A DNA stretch of 32,000 nucleotides from Propionibacteriaceae bacterium (GTDB lineage Bacteria; Actinomycetota; Actinomycetes; Propionibacteriales; Propionibacteriaceae). Where the stretch lies: the NCBI GenBank assembly GCA_031256725.1, contig JAIRQE010000004.1:118343-150342 (forward strand), in the 5' to 3' direction. The number at the start of each line of letters is the position of its first letter. The first letter of the stretch is position 1. Shown one piece after another: positions 15,777 through 26,050 of this stretch. Made by a program: the position numbers and the translations under genes. A model generated the notes under the pieces. The model was not told the DNA's origin. It saw only the letters and a list, made by a program, of their open reading frames with translations, and made no database searches.

Positions 15777-17174
15777 CTATCCCAGAATTCCCGCCAAAAA
15801 TCGTGATGGTGATGTGGGTCGACCGTCCATGCTACTAGGCCACGAGATCCGCAAAAAAGACCTCGCCCTTGTTATCCCCACATAGAGAAGACGTCGTTCT
15901 TCTTGAAGTCTGTCATGGGAGTTGGCACACGGATGAGGTAATGAACCATCGTGGAGTCCGCACAAGCCCACTGCTTCCCACTCCAAGCCTTTCGATCCAT
16001 GGAGGGTACCAAGTCGAACACCTGGACGTGAGTGACTATTCTCGGATTTCAAGGCGAGAAAGGGTACTTGCTCATCGGCCAAAATCTGTCGGATTGCCTC
16101 AGCCTGAGCATTCGTTCTAAACAGCAAAGCCATCTCTTCCCAGGCGATCCCATCACGATGAAGCCCCTTCAACCATTGAGCAACCTCAGTTGATTCCTCC
16201 AAGGGATCTCCACCAGCGTGAAACTCCACAGTAGTACCCGTGGATCGCTGTGCTCTCAACTGAAGCCCAGTCGTCGTCACCGCATTAGCTTTGGCAAGGA
16301 TCTCAGGAGTTGAGCGATAATTCCTTGTCAACTCAAGACTTTGGGAATGGGCATGCGAGTCAGCAAACCTCTCCAAGTACACGGAAGTCGATCCAGCAAA
16401 GGAGTGAATTGTTTGTGCCGGATCCCCGACAACACACAGATCCTGACGCCTTCCCACCCACAGATCCACGAGCCTGGCTTGAACAGGAGATAGGTCCTGG
16501 TATTCATCGAAAACAAAGTGGCGATAGGTAGCCTGTACCTTCTTGGACACATCTGCCTGAGTGGACAGTAAAGCGACCGTACACAAAAGAAGATCGTCAA
16601 GATCAATGACACAGTGGGCTTGCTTGGCCTCCTCGTAGGCAACAATGAGATCCGCGACAGTATCCAGATCCAGATGAAGGACTGTCCGATGATGATCACG
16701 CGCCAGATCAACATAGTCTTCTGCAAGGACATTGCTTTGCTTAGTCCACGAGATCTCAGAACTCACCTCGGATAGGACCTGTTTGGAAGGTGAGATTCCC
16801 AGACGTTTACAAGCCTCAGAAATCAACATATCCCGATTGTCTTCGACCCTCGGCAAGGTTGAGCGGTACACCTCAGGCCAGAAGTACTGAGCTTGACGAA
16901 GGGCAGCTGAGTGGAAGGTACGAGATTGGACTCCCCTGACACCCATGGCCTCAAGACGTTGGCGTACCTCTAATGCAGCTGAGGTCGTAAATGTCACAGC
17001 AAGGGTTGCCCGCGGATCTATGGCACCCTCGGTCGCAGCGTATCCGAGACGGTGGGTGATGGTTCTTGTTTTGCCCGTACCTGCGCCAGCAATCACCGAA
17101 ACAGGCATGCCCAAGGATTCAGCGACGGCTCGCTGATCCTCATCAAGGCCTTCAAGAAACTGACTGGAATCCAC
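15777..17174 (-). CDS. UvrD/PcrA-family SF1A DNA helicase, short motor-only form (UvrD2-like)
   Basis: The full motif set is present in 465 aa: AGAGTGKT (I), TFHSAA, FDEYQDLSP (II), GDPAQTIHSFAGS (III), NYRSTPEIL (IV), TLHGSKGLEWEAV (V), EERRLLYVGITRARSFL (VI). Its position relative to nudC-adnB-adnA matches mycobacterial uvrD2. Confidence 0.8.
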   Translation of the reverse strand: MDSSQFLEGLDEDQRAVAESLGMPVSVIAGAGTGKTRTITHRLGYAATEGAIDPRATLAVTFTTSAALEVRQRLEAMGVRGVQSRTFHSAALRQAQYFWPEVYRSTLPRVEDNRDMLISEACKRLGISPSKQVLSEVSSEISWTKQSNVLAEDYVDLARDHHRTVLHLDLDTVADLIVAYEEAKQAHCVIDLDDLLLCTVALLSTQADVSKKVQATYRHFVFDEYQDLSPVQARLVDLWVGRRQDLCVVGDPAQTIHSFAGSTSVYLERFADSHAHSQSLELTRNYRSTPEILAKANAVTTTGLQLRAQRSTGTTVEFHAGGDPLEESTEVAQWLKGLHRDGIAWEEMALLFRTNAQAEAIRQILADEQVPFLALKSENSHSRPGVRLGTLHGSKGLEWEAVGLCGLHDGSLPHPCANSHDRLQEERRLLYVGITRARSFLRISWPSSMDGRPTSPSRFLAGILG

Positions 17175-17273
17175 ACCACTACTGTGCCATGGACCTTGGC
17201 CTTTTCTTGAGATTTCTTACTCCGGGTTGTGGGCTATGGAAAAAAAGTCGTGACCATGCCCTAGCGTATTAAC

Positions 17274-20200
17274 GTGAAGAGGTACAGTGCTGCTTGCGTG
17301 ACTCGGCTTGCCCAAGGTCTGGGTGAGTCGCTAGCTCATGTGCCCGCAGATCCTTTCGCGAAAGATTTGGTACTCACCCGCTCTGGCGGTCTTCAACGCT
17401 GGCTTACCCAACAACTGTCCACCCATGTGGGAACAACAGGCCACGGGGATGGGATCTGCGCTGGAATCCACGTCGCCACTATGGCCCAGTTCTCAACAAT
17501 CCTGCGTGGAAAACCTTCACCCTGGTCATCTGAGGCTCTGATCGCGCCTATTATGACCGCATTGAACGACCTGGGTTCCTCCAAAGAATTCCTTCAAGTA
17601 CGACGCCATCTAGCGGATTCGGAGTCACGACCACGACGTAGGGCCAGCTTTACGAAAATGACTGCTGAGAGGTTTTCCTCCTATGCAACCTGGAACCTCG
17701 ATATGGTTTCCTGCTGGAACCAGGGTGCGTTTGTACTCCCAGATGGATCTGCAATTTCCTCTGAAGAAATCTGGCAACCCCTGCTATGGAACCACCTGTG
17801 TACCCTCATTAATTCTACTCCTCAAGAAGATTTGGCCCTTATTCAGGCTCAGGCTCATAGCCTTCGATCCGACTATAATCGTGTTGCCCTGTTCTGCCCC
17901 AGTATTCTCACACCAGCCGATGAGAGTGTCCTAGCAAGCCTGGATTCAGCAGGGGAGATCCTCGTTTTTTCTGCTGCACCAGTTGACGGGTGTAGAGACC
18001 TCACGAAAATCTCCTCCAAATTAGCGGTCCATCAGCAGCGTAGTGAAGAGGTTTTGAAACGACTGTGTCCTCCTGTTGAAATCTTGGCGACTGTCTCACA
18101 GGACAATCCAACACTATTGAAGGCTATTCAACAGGGCCTCCATACCTCGGTAATACCTCATACATCTTTTGATGACTCCATTGAGATCCATACTGGATAC
18201 TCCGATCATCTAGGCGAAATACTCACAGATCAACTCATTCATCTCCTCAATGAGGATCCCAGCCTGGAGCCTCGCGAGATTCTGGTTCTCGTTGATCAGA
18301 TGGCTGATCATTACCCCAGTCTTTCTGCTCTTCTACGCCCAGATATGACTGAGGGCTCTTACTGCTCCCACCGGATTCGTGGATCCGTTGTTCATTCGGA
18401 AGTTGCAGAAGACCAGGAATTAGCGTTATTGTCCAGTCTGTTTGGATTAGTACAAGGCCGAGCCACAGCCGAAGACCTCATGAACCTGTGTGGATCCAAA
18501 GCTGTCATGGCTCGATTCGGATTCCAAGACTTAGACCTTGACCGTCTCAATCAACTCATTCAATCCTCAGGAATTCGATGGGGAATCAACCAGGAACACC
18601 GCAGGATTCACTCAATGGAATCCTTCCCGCACAACACATGGATGACAGGGCTGGGGCGTATGGTCCTCGGTGTAGCTCTTAATGAAGAGGACCTCACCTA
18701 TCAGGGAACCATCTTCCCAAGAGACGTCGTTGATTCAGATGTTGTGTCCTTAGTGGAATCCCTCGGCCAGATCATCACCCAGGTACGTACCTATGCGGGA
18801 ACATGGCTGAAACCTGCGGAGCCACCTGAATGGGCGAGTCGTTTTCGTACCTGCCTCGAAGCGCTCACTCCTGGGACATCTTCCCTTGCCAGACGAGTTA
18901 TTGGGGTCTTTGAGAACCAAAAGTCCCCCGAGATTTCCCTGGTCGAAGCTCGTACACAACTTGAAGAAATCTGGAGCACCTTCGCGAGGGAACCGAGTTT
19001 CCTCAACGGCAATCTTGGGGTAGCACCCCTTGGCTCAATGTCAGGCGTCCCCCACAAAGTCATCATCTTGTTTGGCCTAGATTCCAACTCTTTCCCCACC
19101 CTACCCACAATCGATGGCGATAATCTTGTGGGTTTCTGCCCAGAAGAAGACCCTCGACTACGTGATCGTCAGGTCTTCTACGACTGCCTCATGTCTGCCC
19201 AAGACAAACTCATCATCATCCACTGCGGATATGATCCAACGACCACCCACCGAGCCCCTGAGCCCGCACCCGTCGTAGATCTTTTAGCTTTAGCAGAACT
19301 CTGTGTACCCGGTTGCGATGCTCGCAAAGCTTTGGTTCATGACCATGTTCCTATGGTCGAAACTCGAGCTCGGATCTCGGATCACCAGGCACTACTCGAA
19401 CCCAGGATCACTCGCAAGGAATCTGCAGCGCAAGTCAAGATAGAGGACCTGTGTGAACTCTTCATGAATTCAGCCGCATATTGGCTCAAGCGCAATGCGA
19501 TGATCCTTCCCTCAGCTATTACTGAGCCTGATCCCATACCAACAGCGATACCTGTAGATCTCTCCCCCCTAGATTCGTGGGCGATCACCAATCGAATGGT
19601 TCGACTACTCATGGCCGGGAACCGTGGTGAGGAAATCCTGAATGCCGAACTTCGCCGAGGCTACCTCCCCCCCGGTCGTCCTGGGATCACGCTAGGGCAA
19701 AACTATCTCAGCCAAGCTCAGAACACAGTACACAGAGCCAGATCCTTCCTGAGTGAGCCACTGAGTTGGCCAAGTTTCGACCTTGACTCAGATGAAACAG
19801 GAAACCTTGTTGGCCAAGTAGGTGTTCGTGGCCAGATTCTCCTTGAAGTCCTTGCAGGAAAAGTGAACCCTCGACATAAGATGGCTGCTTGGATCAAGAT
19901 TCTTGCCCTCAAAGTTAGCTTTCCCGACCAGCACTGGAGGGCCGTCCTAGTGGGTCGTCGAACAACTGTGACCGTAAACGCACCCACTATTAACGAAGCA
20001 CACCAACACCTTGAGTACCTTCGAAAAGTGGGTATGAGGGGAGTCGAATCACCCCTACCCCTGCCTGAACTTCCTAGCGCTCAACTGGCGCGTTACCTTG
20101 CACGGAACTTCCCGATTAATGCCTATGAGATCGACGAGAACTTCATAAAACAATGGAACCAAGATCCATCGTGGCCACTGATTTGGCCGGACTATCACCA

Positions 20201-20321
20201 GATGCAGGCTCTGGGTTCCCTCTCGGATGAGGAGAACTCCACCCGAACCTTTGAATCTCGTTTCGAGTCCTTGGTTTATGGGGTTTACGTACCCATGGTG
20301 AAACAGGAGGGTGTGCTGTGA
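17274..20321 (+). CDS. recC: Exodeoxyribonuclease V gamma subunit (RecC)
   Basis: 1015 aa with no Walker A motif. The N-terminal RecC-like segment is DPFAKDLVLTRSGGLQRWLTQQLS. The stop overlaps the recB GTG start (GTGA). It is the first gene of a recC-recB-recD arrangement. Confidence 0.82.
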   Translation: MKRYSAACVTRLAQGLGESLAHVPADPFAKDLVLTRSGGLQRWLTQQLSTHVGTTGHGDGICAGIHVATMAQFSTILRGKPSPWSSEALIAPIMTALNDLGSSKEFLQVRRHLADSESRPRRRASFTKMTAERFSSYATWNLDMVSCWNQGAFVLPDGSAISSEEIWQPLLWNHLCTLINSTPQEDLALIQAQAHSLRSDYNRVALFCPSILTPADESVLASLDSAGEILVFSAAPVDGCRDLTKISSKLAVHQQRSEEVLKRLCPPVEILATVSQDNPTLLKAIQQGLHTSVIPHTSFDDSIEIHTGYSDHLGEILTDQLIHLLNEDPSLEPREILVLVDQMADHYPSLSALLRPDMTEGSYCSHRIRGSVVHSEVAEDQELALLSSLFGLVQGRATAEDLMNLCGSKAVMARFGFQDLDLDRLNQLIQSSGIRWGINQEHRRIHSMESFPHNTWMTGLGRMVLGVALNEEDLTYQGTIFPRDVVDSDVVSLVESLGQIITQVRTYAGTWLKPAEPPEWASRFRTCLEALTPGTSSLARRVIGVFENQKSPEISLVEARTQLEEIWSTFAREPSFLNGNLGVAPLGSMSGVPHKVIILFGLDSNSFPTLPTIDGDNLVGFCPEEDPRLRDRQVFYDCLMSAQDKLIIIHCGYDPTTTHRAPEPAPVVDLLALAELCVPGCDARKALVHDHVPMVETRARISDHQALLEPRITRKESAAQVKIEDLCELFMNSAAYWLKRNAMILPSAITEPDPIPTAIPVDLSPLDSWAITNRMVRLLMAGNRGEEILNAELRRGYLPPGRPGITLGQNYLSQAQNTVHRARSFLSEPLSWPSFDLDSDETGNLVGQVGVRGQILLEVLAGKVNPRHKMAAWIKILALKVSFPDQHWRAVLVGRRTTVTVNAPTINEAHQHLEYLRKVGMRGVESPLPLPELPSAQLARYLARNFPINAYEIDENFIKQWNQDPSWPLIWPDYHQMQALGSLSDEENSTRTFESRFESLVYGVYVPMVKQEGVL

Positions 20322-23300
20322 TTCATACCGATTCCCTGCCTAGTCCTGGCTCCACAACGGTTATCGAGGCGAGCGCTGGTACCGGGAAAACCTGGACTAT
20401 CTCCACACTTGCCGTACGGTTCCTCGCCGAGACAGACATCAAAATCTCCCAGATGGCTATTGTCACATTCACTGTTGCCTCAACGGCTGAAGTCAAACAA
20501 CGTACCCAGCAAAGACTCACCGAGACCGCCCAGGCCCTCAGCCTTGCCGAGGCTCCGACCGATGGCTCAGATTTGGGACTGTGGTGCGAGGATACCCAGG
20601 AACGGGAACTTCGCAGAACCCGTCTACTCTACGCTGTGGAGGACTTTGATCTTGCCCCGATTATGACCACTCATGGTTTCTGTGACCGATTGCTCTGTTT
20701 GCTTGGAATCCTCGCAGACCATGACATCTATGACCAACTCGTACCCGATGTATCAGAATTCTCCGATGAGGCTATCGCAGACCATTATCTACGCCTGACC
20801 ACCCAGGAGAATCCGGGATTCAGCTATACAGCGGCCCGGGCCTGGGCCAAGGAGGCACTCCTTGCCCCAAGTGCCACTATCTATCCACCCGATTCTTCTC
20901 AGGCCCAGCTTGTGGATTTTGTACGACGCAGTGTTGAATCCAGAAAGAGAAGACGTGGGGTGTACACCTTCGATGACATGCTGCTGAGATGTCGTGATGC
21001 CCTGCGTGAAGACACCCATGGGGTGGTCAGCCAAAGATTGAGCCAGACCTACCCCCTGCTTTTGGTGGACGAATTCCAAGATACCGATCTCATACAGTGG
21101 GAGATCATTAGAACTGGATTTATAGATAAATCGACAGTAATCCTCATTGGTGATCCCAAACAGTCAATCTATGGCTTCCGAGGCGCCCAGGTGAGTGCGT
21201 ACCTCAAGGCCACAGAGATCTCTGCCCCAAAGACCTTGGATACAAACTATCGAAGCTCCCCAGATGTCGTGCAAGCAGTGGGTGCTCTCATGGATGGAGC
21301 CGAACTCGGCGACCCTCGAATCGTGGTTAAACCAGTGTTGACAAGTACGGATACACCTTCACTGATGACCACTCAGCCTTGGAGCAACCCTATACGTCTG
21401 AGGATACCGGCAGATTTTGAACCCCGGACAGCAGAAAAGGTACGAGAACTCATCGACTCTGATTTAGTGGAAGATCTGATTCATCTTCTGGGGTCGAAGA
21501 CGATGTACCGCAAGGATCCAAGCAGCGACCCTCAGCCTCTGCGACCACAGGATATCGCCATTATCGTCTCCACCAATAAGCGGGGAAATGCCATCATGGA
21601 GCATCTGCTTGCTCGTGGAGTACCTGGGGTTTTCACAGGGACTGGTTCCGTTTTTGACACTCAAGCCGCCCAGGATTGGCTTCGCTTGCTTCGTGCCATC
21701 GAAAGTGGTCATCTGCCTCAGATGAGGGTTGCGAGTCTCACAACTCTTATTGGATGGGATCTGAACCGCTTGGTACAAGCCGATGTTGACGAGTTCTCTG
21801 ACCTCGTGGCCATGATTCGACACCTTGGTACCCTCATGAACACTTCCACTGTGATGAGTGTTCTGGATTGGTTAGTTGACCATACGGATCTTCGGGATCG
21901 GTTGAGCCGCGATGTTGTCGGTGAGCGCAGTTTCATGGATCTCACCCAACTGGCCCAGTTGCTGAGCCAGCCACATGGTGACTTCCAATCCCCCACTGAA
22001 TGGCTCCTATCAAAAATCCGATCATCGTCAACCAGGAATGACAGTGCACGACGCCTACCCACCCATGCTGATGCTGTGAGGATTCTCACTGTCCATCAAG
22101 CCAAGGGTCTCCAATTCCCCGTGGTCTATCTTCCACAGGTTGCTGACCAGTTCGACCGATCTGATCTGGACACCCCCATCGTGGCCCATGATGCTGATGG
22201 TGAACGTGTGTTGGATCTTGGAATCTCCAAGACCCCCAGTGAGATCCGCCGACAAGCCTTCCTCGAATCCGCACATGAATCTTTGCGAGCCTGTTACGTT
22301 GCTCTGACTCGCTCAAGTGCACACATCACTATGTGGTGGATCCCCTCGAAACGCACCATTGAATCCTCTGCTTTGCATCGGCTGCTCTTCCGCAGATCAC
22401 CTACACCTCCAGTGAGTATCCCAGTCAACGAATGCGATCCTCGTACGCTGAATCTTCCTGGGATTGTGGTCGAAACCATTCCTGATCAGCCTGAGATTCC
22501 TAGGCAGTATTCCCCCCAGGATTCCTCGACCTCACCTGAAGCCAGACCTCATCAAGTCAGACCTCACCTGACACGCGACATTGATCAGAGCTGGAGACGT
22601 ACTTCCTTCTCCTCACTGACTGCCAACTCTCACCACTATGGTCCAGATATTGATGAACCCAGTGAATCCCAAGAAGTTGGGGCGAACACCGATGCGGATT
22701 CCGATCTTGACCAGGTTTCACCCATGGCAGATTTACCTGGGGGAACAGCCTTTGGGTCCTTGGTTCACTCCGTTTTCGAGTACTGGGACCCAGCCAACGA
22801 TCTGGCTGATGTCATCTCATCGACAATGAATACCAGCGGTCTGCTTGGTTTCACTGTTGAGGATCTCACGACAGCTCTGGCGCCAGGATTGGCTACACCA
22901 CTTGGTGAGATCGCAGACAACCTCACTTTGGCACAGATCCCCCTCCGTGATCGACTTGCGGAGTTAGACTTTGAACTACCCTTATCCCACGGCCAGGAAG
23001 CGACAACCCTTAATGGGATAGCTAAGGTTTTGACTCGACATCTTCCACCGGATTCTCCCCTAGTGTCCTACCCATCCCTGCTGTCCAATGATTGCGATCC
23101 TCGGGCTCTGCGTGGGTATCTAACCGGCTCCATTGATGCAGTCCTACGGGTCAATGGCCGCTTTCTTATCGCCGATTATAAGACCAATCGGCTCAGTTCA
23201 CCACAGACCCCACTGACGCTACGCCATTACACACTTCCCGCCATGGCCCAGGCAATGATGTCCTCCCACTATCCCCTTCAAGCCCTCATTTACTCTGTGG

Positions 23301-23503
23301 CCCTTCACCGTTTTCTGAGGTGGAGGATCCCCGATTATGACCCTGATCGCCATCTTGGTGGGATCGCCTATCTCTTCGTACGCGGTATGGCTGGCCCTGA
23401 TACACCAGTACGTCACGGTACTCCTTGTGGTGTTTTTTCTTGGAAACCGTCAAGCGACCTCATCGAAGAACTCTCTGATCTTTTTTCGGGGGTGAGGTCA
23501 TGA
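20318..23503 (+). CDS. recB: Exodeoxyribonuclease V beta subunit (RecB helicase-nuclease)
   Basis: SF1 motifs are present: EASAGTGKTWT (I), LLVDEFQDTD (II), IGDPKQSIYGFRGA (III), TNYRS (IV), TVHQAKGLQFPVV (V), LRACYVALTRS (VI). The C-terminal PD-(D/E)XK nuclease motif is GSIDAV...LIADYKTN. Confidence 0.9.
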   Translation: MIHTDSLPSPGSTTVIEASAGTGKTWTISTLAVRFLAETDIKISQMAIVTFTVASTAEVKQRTQQRLTETAQALSLAEAPTDGSDLGLWCEDTQERELRRTRLLYAVEDFDLAPIMTTHGFCDRLLCLLGILADHDIYDQLVPDVSEFSDEAIADHYLRLTTQENPGFSYTAARAWAKEALLAPSATIYPPDSSQAQLVDFVRRSVESRKRRRGVYTFDDMLLRCRDALREDTHGVVSQRLSQTYPLLLVDEFQDTDLIQWEIIRTGFIDKSTVILIGDPKQSIYGFRGAQVSAYLKATEISAPKTLDTNYRSSPDVVQAVGALMDGAELGDPRIVVKPVLTSTDTPSLMTTQPWSNPIRLRIPADFEPRTAEKVRELIDSDLVEDLIHLLGSKTMYRKDPSSDPQPLRPQDIAIIVSTNKRGNAIMEHLLARGVPGVFTGTGSVFDTQAAQDWLRLLRAIESGHLPQMRVASLTTLIGWDLNRLVQADVDEFSDLVAMIRHLGTLMNTSTVMSVLDWLVDHTDLRDRLSRDVVGERSFMDLTQLAQLLSQPHGDFQSPTEWLLSKIRSSSTRNDSARRLPTHADAVRILTVHQAKGLQFPVVYLPQVADQFDRSDLDTPIVAHDADGERVLDLGISKTPSEIRRQAFLESAHESLRACYVALTRSSAHITMWWIPSKRTIESSALHRLLFRRSPTPPVSIPVNECDPRTLNLPGIVVETIPDQPEIPRQYSPQDSSTSPEARPHQVRPHLTRDIDQSWRRTSFSSLTANSHHYGPDIDEPSESQEVGANTDADSDLDQVSPMADLPGGTAFGSLVHSVFEYWDPANDLADVISSTMNTSGLLGFTVEDLTTALAPGLATPLGEIADNLTLAQIPLRDRLAELDFELPLSHGQEATTLNGIAKVLTRHLPPDSPLVSYPSLLSNDCDPRALRGYLTGSIDAVLRVNGRFLIADYKTNRLSSPQTPLTLRHYTLPAMAQAMMSSHYPLQALIYSVALHRFLRWRIPDYDPDRHLGGIAYLFVRGMAGPDTPVRHGTPCGVFSWKPSSDLIEELSDLFSGVRS

Positions 23504-25233
23504 CCTCGACATTGGCAGACCTTGTGAAGGCCAAGGTACTCACTCCAGGTACTGTGCGCTTGGCTCGCCATCTGGGGTTTCTGTATTCCGAAGAGGATGA
23601 GCTTGTTGTGATGGCCACGGCTTGCACGATCACCAGCTTGTCTGCTGGATCAGTGTGTTTCGATATTCGCCATCCGAGCAGACTCATGGTTGACCTGGAG
23701 TCCGAGATGAGTATCACCTGGCCTGATTCTGATGATTGGGAGACTCGACTTCGCAACTCTCCACTAGTGTCCACCGATCTGAGCGCTAGGGATCGTGGAT
23801 TGATTCTTGATTCGGGTTTGCTCTATCTTACGCGGTACTGGGCTGAGCAACAGCAGGTTGTCGAGTGGGCTTCCACACGGATACTTCCTAAAACTAAGGA
23901 TCTCAACCCCTGGTTAGACATCTATTTCTCTGGTAAATATGCCGTACAAAAGCAGGCTGCTCAGATCGTCACAGAGTCTTCATTTTGTGTCCTGGCAGGA
24001 GGGCCTGGAACCGGGAAAACCACTGTCGTCGCTAGGATCCTTGCAGCTCTATCCCAGAATCGGCAAGAGCCTCTTCGCGTGATCCTCACTGCGCCAACGG
24101 GTAGAGCAGCAGCCCGGCTGGGGGAAGCTGTGCGAGAAGAACTGGCATCCTGTCAGGCTATTCCTGAGATGGAAATATCAGTTCACTATGAGTCGAACAC
24201 CCTCCACAAAGTGCTCGGTATTAAACCCTGGGGCGCAGTCGATTACAACTCGACTCATCCCCTTCCTGCGGATCTCGTCGTTGTGGATGAAGCCTCAATG
24301 CTCTCCCTTCACCTGATGACCCTACTGTTGGATGCCCTCAGCGATGAAACCAAGCTTCTCCTCGTGGGTGACCCCGACCAACTCACTTCCGTGGAAGCTG
24401 GAGCAGTCCTTGCAGATATCGTGGCCAGTGGCTCATCAATCCCAGTTGCTCGCCTCACAGTGAACCATCGCTTCTGCGAGCAGATCGCCAGTTTGGCAGA
24501 TGCAATAAGACTCGGGCAATCCACGCGGGCTATCCAGATCCTTGAAGAAGCAGATCCCCAGGGCCCCATTACCTGGATTCCACGAGATCTGGATTCAGGA
24601 TCATCGAAAACCCTGGAGGTTGTACGCAGCGAAATCGTCAATGATCAACTCAGACTCATGGAGGCAGCCCAATCCTCAAAGATTGAACAGGCACTTGCAG
24701 CCCTCGACTCCCACCGCCTATTGCTCGCTCATCGCCATGGGCTTACTGGGGTGGCCCACTGGACTCAGGTTGTCCAGCAATGGTTGAGGGCCCACCATTC
24801 ACAGATTGGATCCTCTAGGTGGTACGAAGGGATGCCTGTTCTCATCACCAAGAATGAAGATCATCTCTCGGTATACAACGGAGACTATGGCGTGATTGTG
24901 CCCACCGATGATGGTTTACAGCTAGCGATACGTGACTCCAACGGGTACTCCCTAAGGTCCCCTGACATGATTCAATCCTGCGAACCCTTGTATTGTTCAA
25001 CCATTCACAAGGCTCAAGGAAGCCAATTCGACCGGGTCACTGTGATGCTCCCCCATACCTCGGCAGCCATCCTCACCCGCGAACTCTTGTACACTGCGGT
25101 GACTCGCGCAAAAACCCAGTTGAGGATCATTGGTTCTTCCGAGACCATCGAACAAGCCGTCTGCTCACCAGCTCTTCGCGCCTCTGGACTCACATCAAAG
25201 CTTGCGGAAGGGGTTCCCCGTACCAACGCGTAA
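23500..25233 (+). CDS. recD: Exodeoxyribonuclease V alpha subunit (RecD, SF1B helicase)
   Basis: Walker A is LAGGPGTGKTT and Walker B is VVVDEASML. GDPDQLTSVEAG and the C-terminal STIHKAQGSQFD...LLYTAVTRAK are present. The start overlaps the recB stop (ATGA). Confidence 0.9.
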   Translation: MTSTLADLVKAKVLTPGTVRLARHLGFLYSEEDELVVMATACTITSLSAGSVCFDIRHPSRLMVDLESEMSITWPDSDDWETRLRNSPLVSTDLSARDRGLILDSGLLYLTRYWAEQQQVVEWASTRILPKTKDLNPWLDIYFSGKYAVQKQAAQIVTESSFCVLAGGPGTGKTTVVARILAALSQNRQEPLRVILTAPTGRAAARLGEAVREELASCQAIPEMEISVHYESNTLHKVLGIKPWGAVDYNSTHPLPADLVVVDEASMLSLHLMTLLLDALSDETKLLLVGDPDQLTSVEAGAVLADIVASGSSIPVARLTVNHRFCEQIASLADAIRLGQSTRAIQILEEADPQGPITWIPRDLDSGSSKTLEVVRSEIVNDQLRLMEAAQSSKIEQALAALDSHRLLLAHRHGLTGVAHWTQVVQQWLRAHHSQIGSSRWYEGMPVLITKNEDHLSVYNGDYGVIVPTDDGLQLAIRDSNGYSLRSPDMIQSCEPLYCSTIHKAQGSQFDRVTVMLPHTSAAILTRELLYTAVTRAKTQLRIIGSSETIEQAVCSPALRASGLTSKLAEGVPRTNA

Positions 25234-26050
25234 TCAAACGATGGGCAACAGAGTGAGGCATTGGAAGGGTGACTGTACCAGACTCGATCTCTGTTCGAAG
25301 ATCCTGGCGTGTGAACCATTGTGCGTGAGTGATTTCTTGAAGATCCGGAATGGGTTCCTGACCTGAAGCTTGAGCGGTGAAGGCCACCATGAGGGATCGT
25401 GGCGTGGGCCAGGGCTGACTTCCTGCATAGGTGATCTGGGATACGACCACACCCACTTCTTCGTTCAATTCACGTACCACTGCCTGTTCCAAGGATTCTC
25501 CAACTTCGAGGAATCCCGCTAATAGAGAAAAACGCCCAAGTTCCCAGTCAATGTGGTGACCCAGAAGCAAGCGGTCGCTCTCATCGATGACTGCGACGAT
25601 GATGGCTGGATCGGTCCGAGGAAAATGGACTTCGTCACAGGATTGACAGGTACGAGTTCGACCCAGATCTGTGGTGATGGTTTCTTCCCCACAGCATGAG
25701 CAGTATCGATTCCGAGCGTGGTACTGCGCCAAGGCGGCGGCTCTCATGGCTAGAGCAACCTCTCCATCATGAAGATGAGTCAGTGCCTGTCTCAATGGAA
25801 CCAGGTAGGGATGATCCCCCATGACTCCAAAGATTGGGGTCTCACCCATCGTACCCAAGTAGAGATGACTCTCTGGTTCATAGATCACCCCCTGTGAATC
25901 TCCACGCAACAGTGTGCGATCCTCCTTAGCGATGGCTATATCACCTCGGGTCGACACATACACAAGTTCCACTAAACCCATGGCCCATTGCTTGTCCCAG
26001 GATGGGTCACTATCCAGATGAAGGGGGCTTTCTTCCTCCCAAAGACTCAT
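25190..26050 (-). CDS. nudC: NAD-capped RNA hydrolase / NADH pyrophosphatase NudC (Nudix)
   Basis: A zinc ribbon (CSCCG...CQSC) is present. The Nudix box is GFLEVGESLEQAVVRELNEEVGV and the NADH-pyrophosphatase signature is SQPWPTPRS. I prefer the ATG at 26050, which forms an ATGA overlap with the adnB stop. In-frame ATGs at 26056 and 26071 (ORF track) are alternatives. Confidence 0.85.
   Translation of the reverse strand: MSLWEEESPLHLDSDPSWDKQWAMGLVELVYVSTRGDIAIAKEDRTLLRGDSQGVIYEPESHLYLGTMGETPIFGVMGDHPYLVPLRQALTHLHDGEVALAMRAAALAQYHARNRYCSCCGEETITTDLGRTRTCQSCDEVHFPRTDPAIIVAVIDESDRLLLGHHIDWELGRFSLLAGFLEVGESLEQAVVRELNEEVGVVVSQITYAGSQPWPTPRSLMVAFTAQASGQEPIPDLQEITHAQWFTRQDLRTEIESGTVTLPMPHSVAHRLITRWYGEPLPQALM

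Noticed and set aside
17274-25233. recCBD block as a recently acquired island
   Set aside because: It has no flanking direct repeats, tRNA, integrase or transposase. Hand-counted G+C of sample segments in recC and nrdJ is similar. Rearrangement remains possible, but horizontal acquisition is unsupported from the sequence alone.
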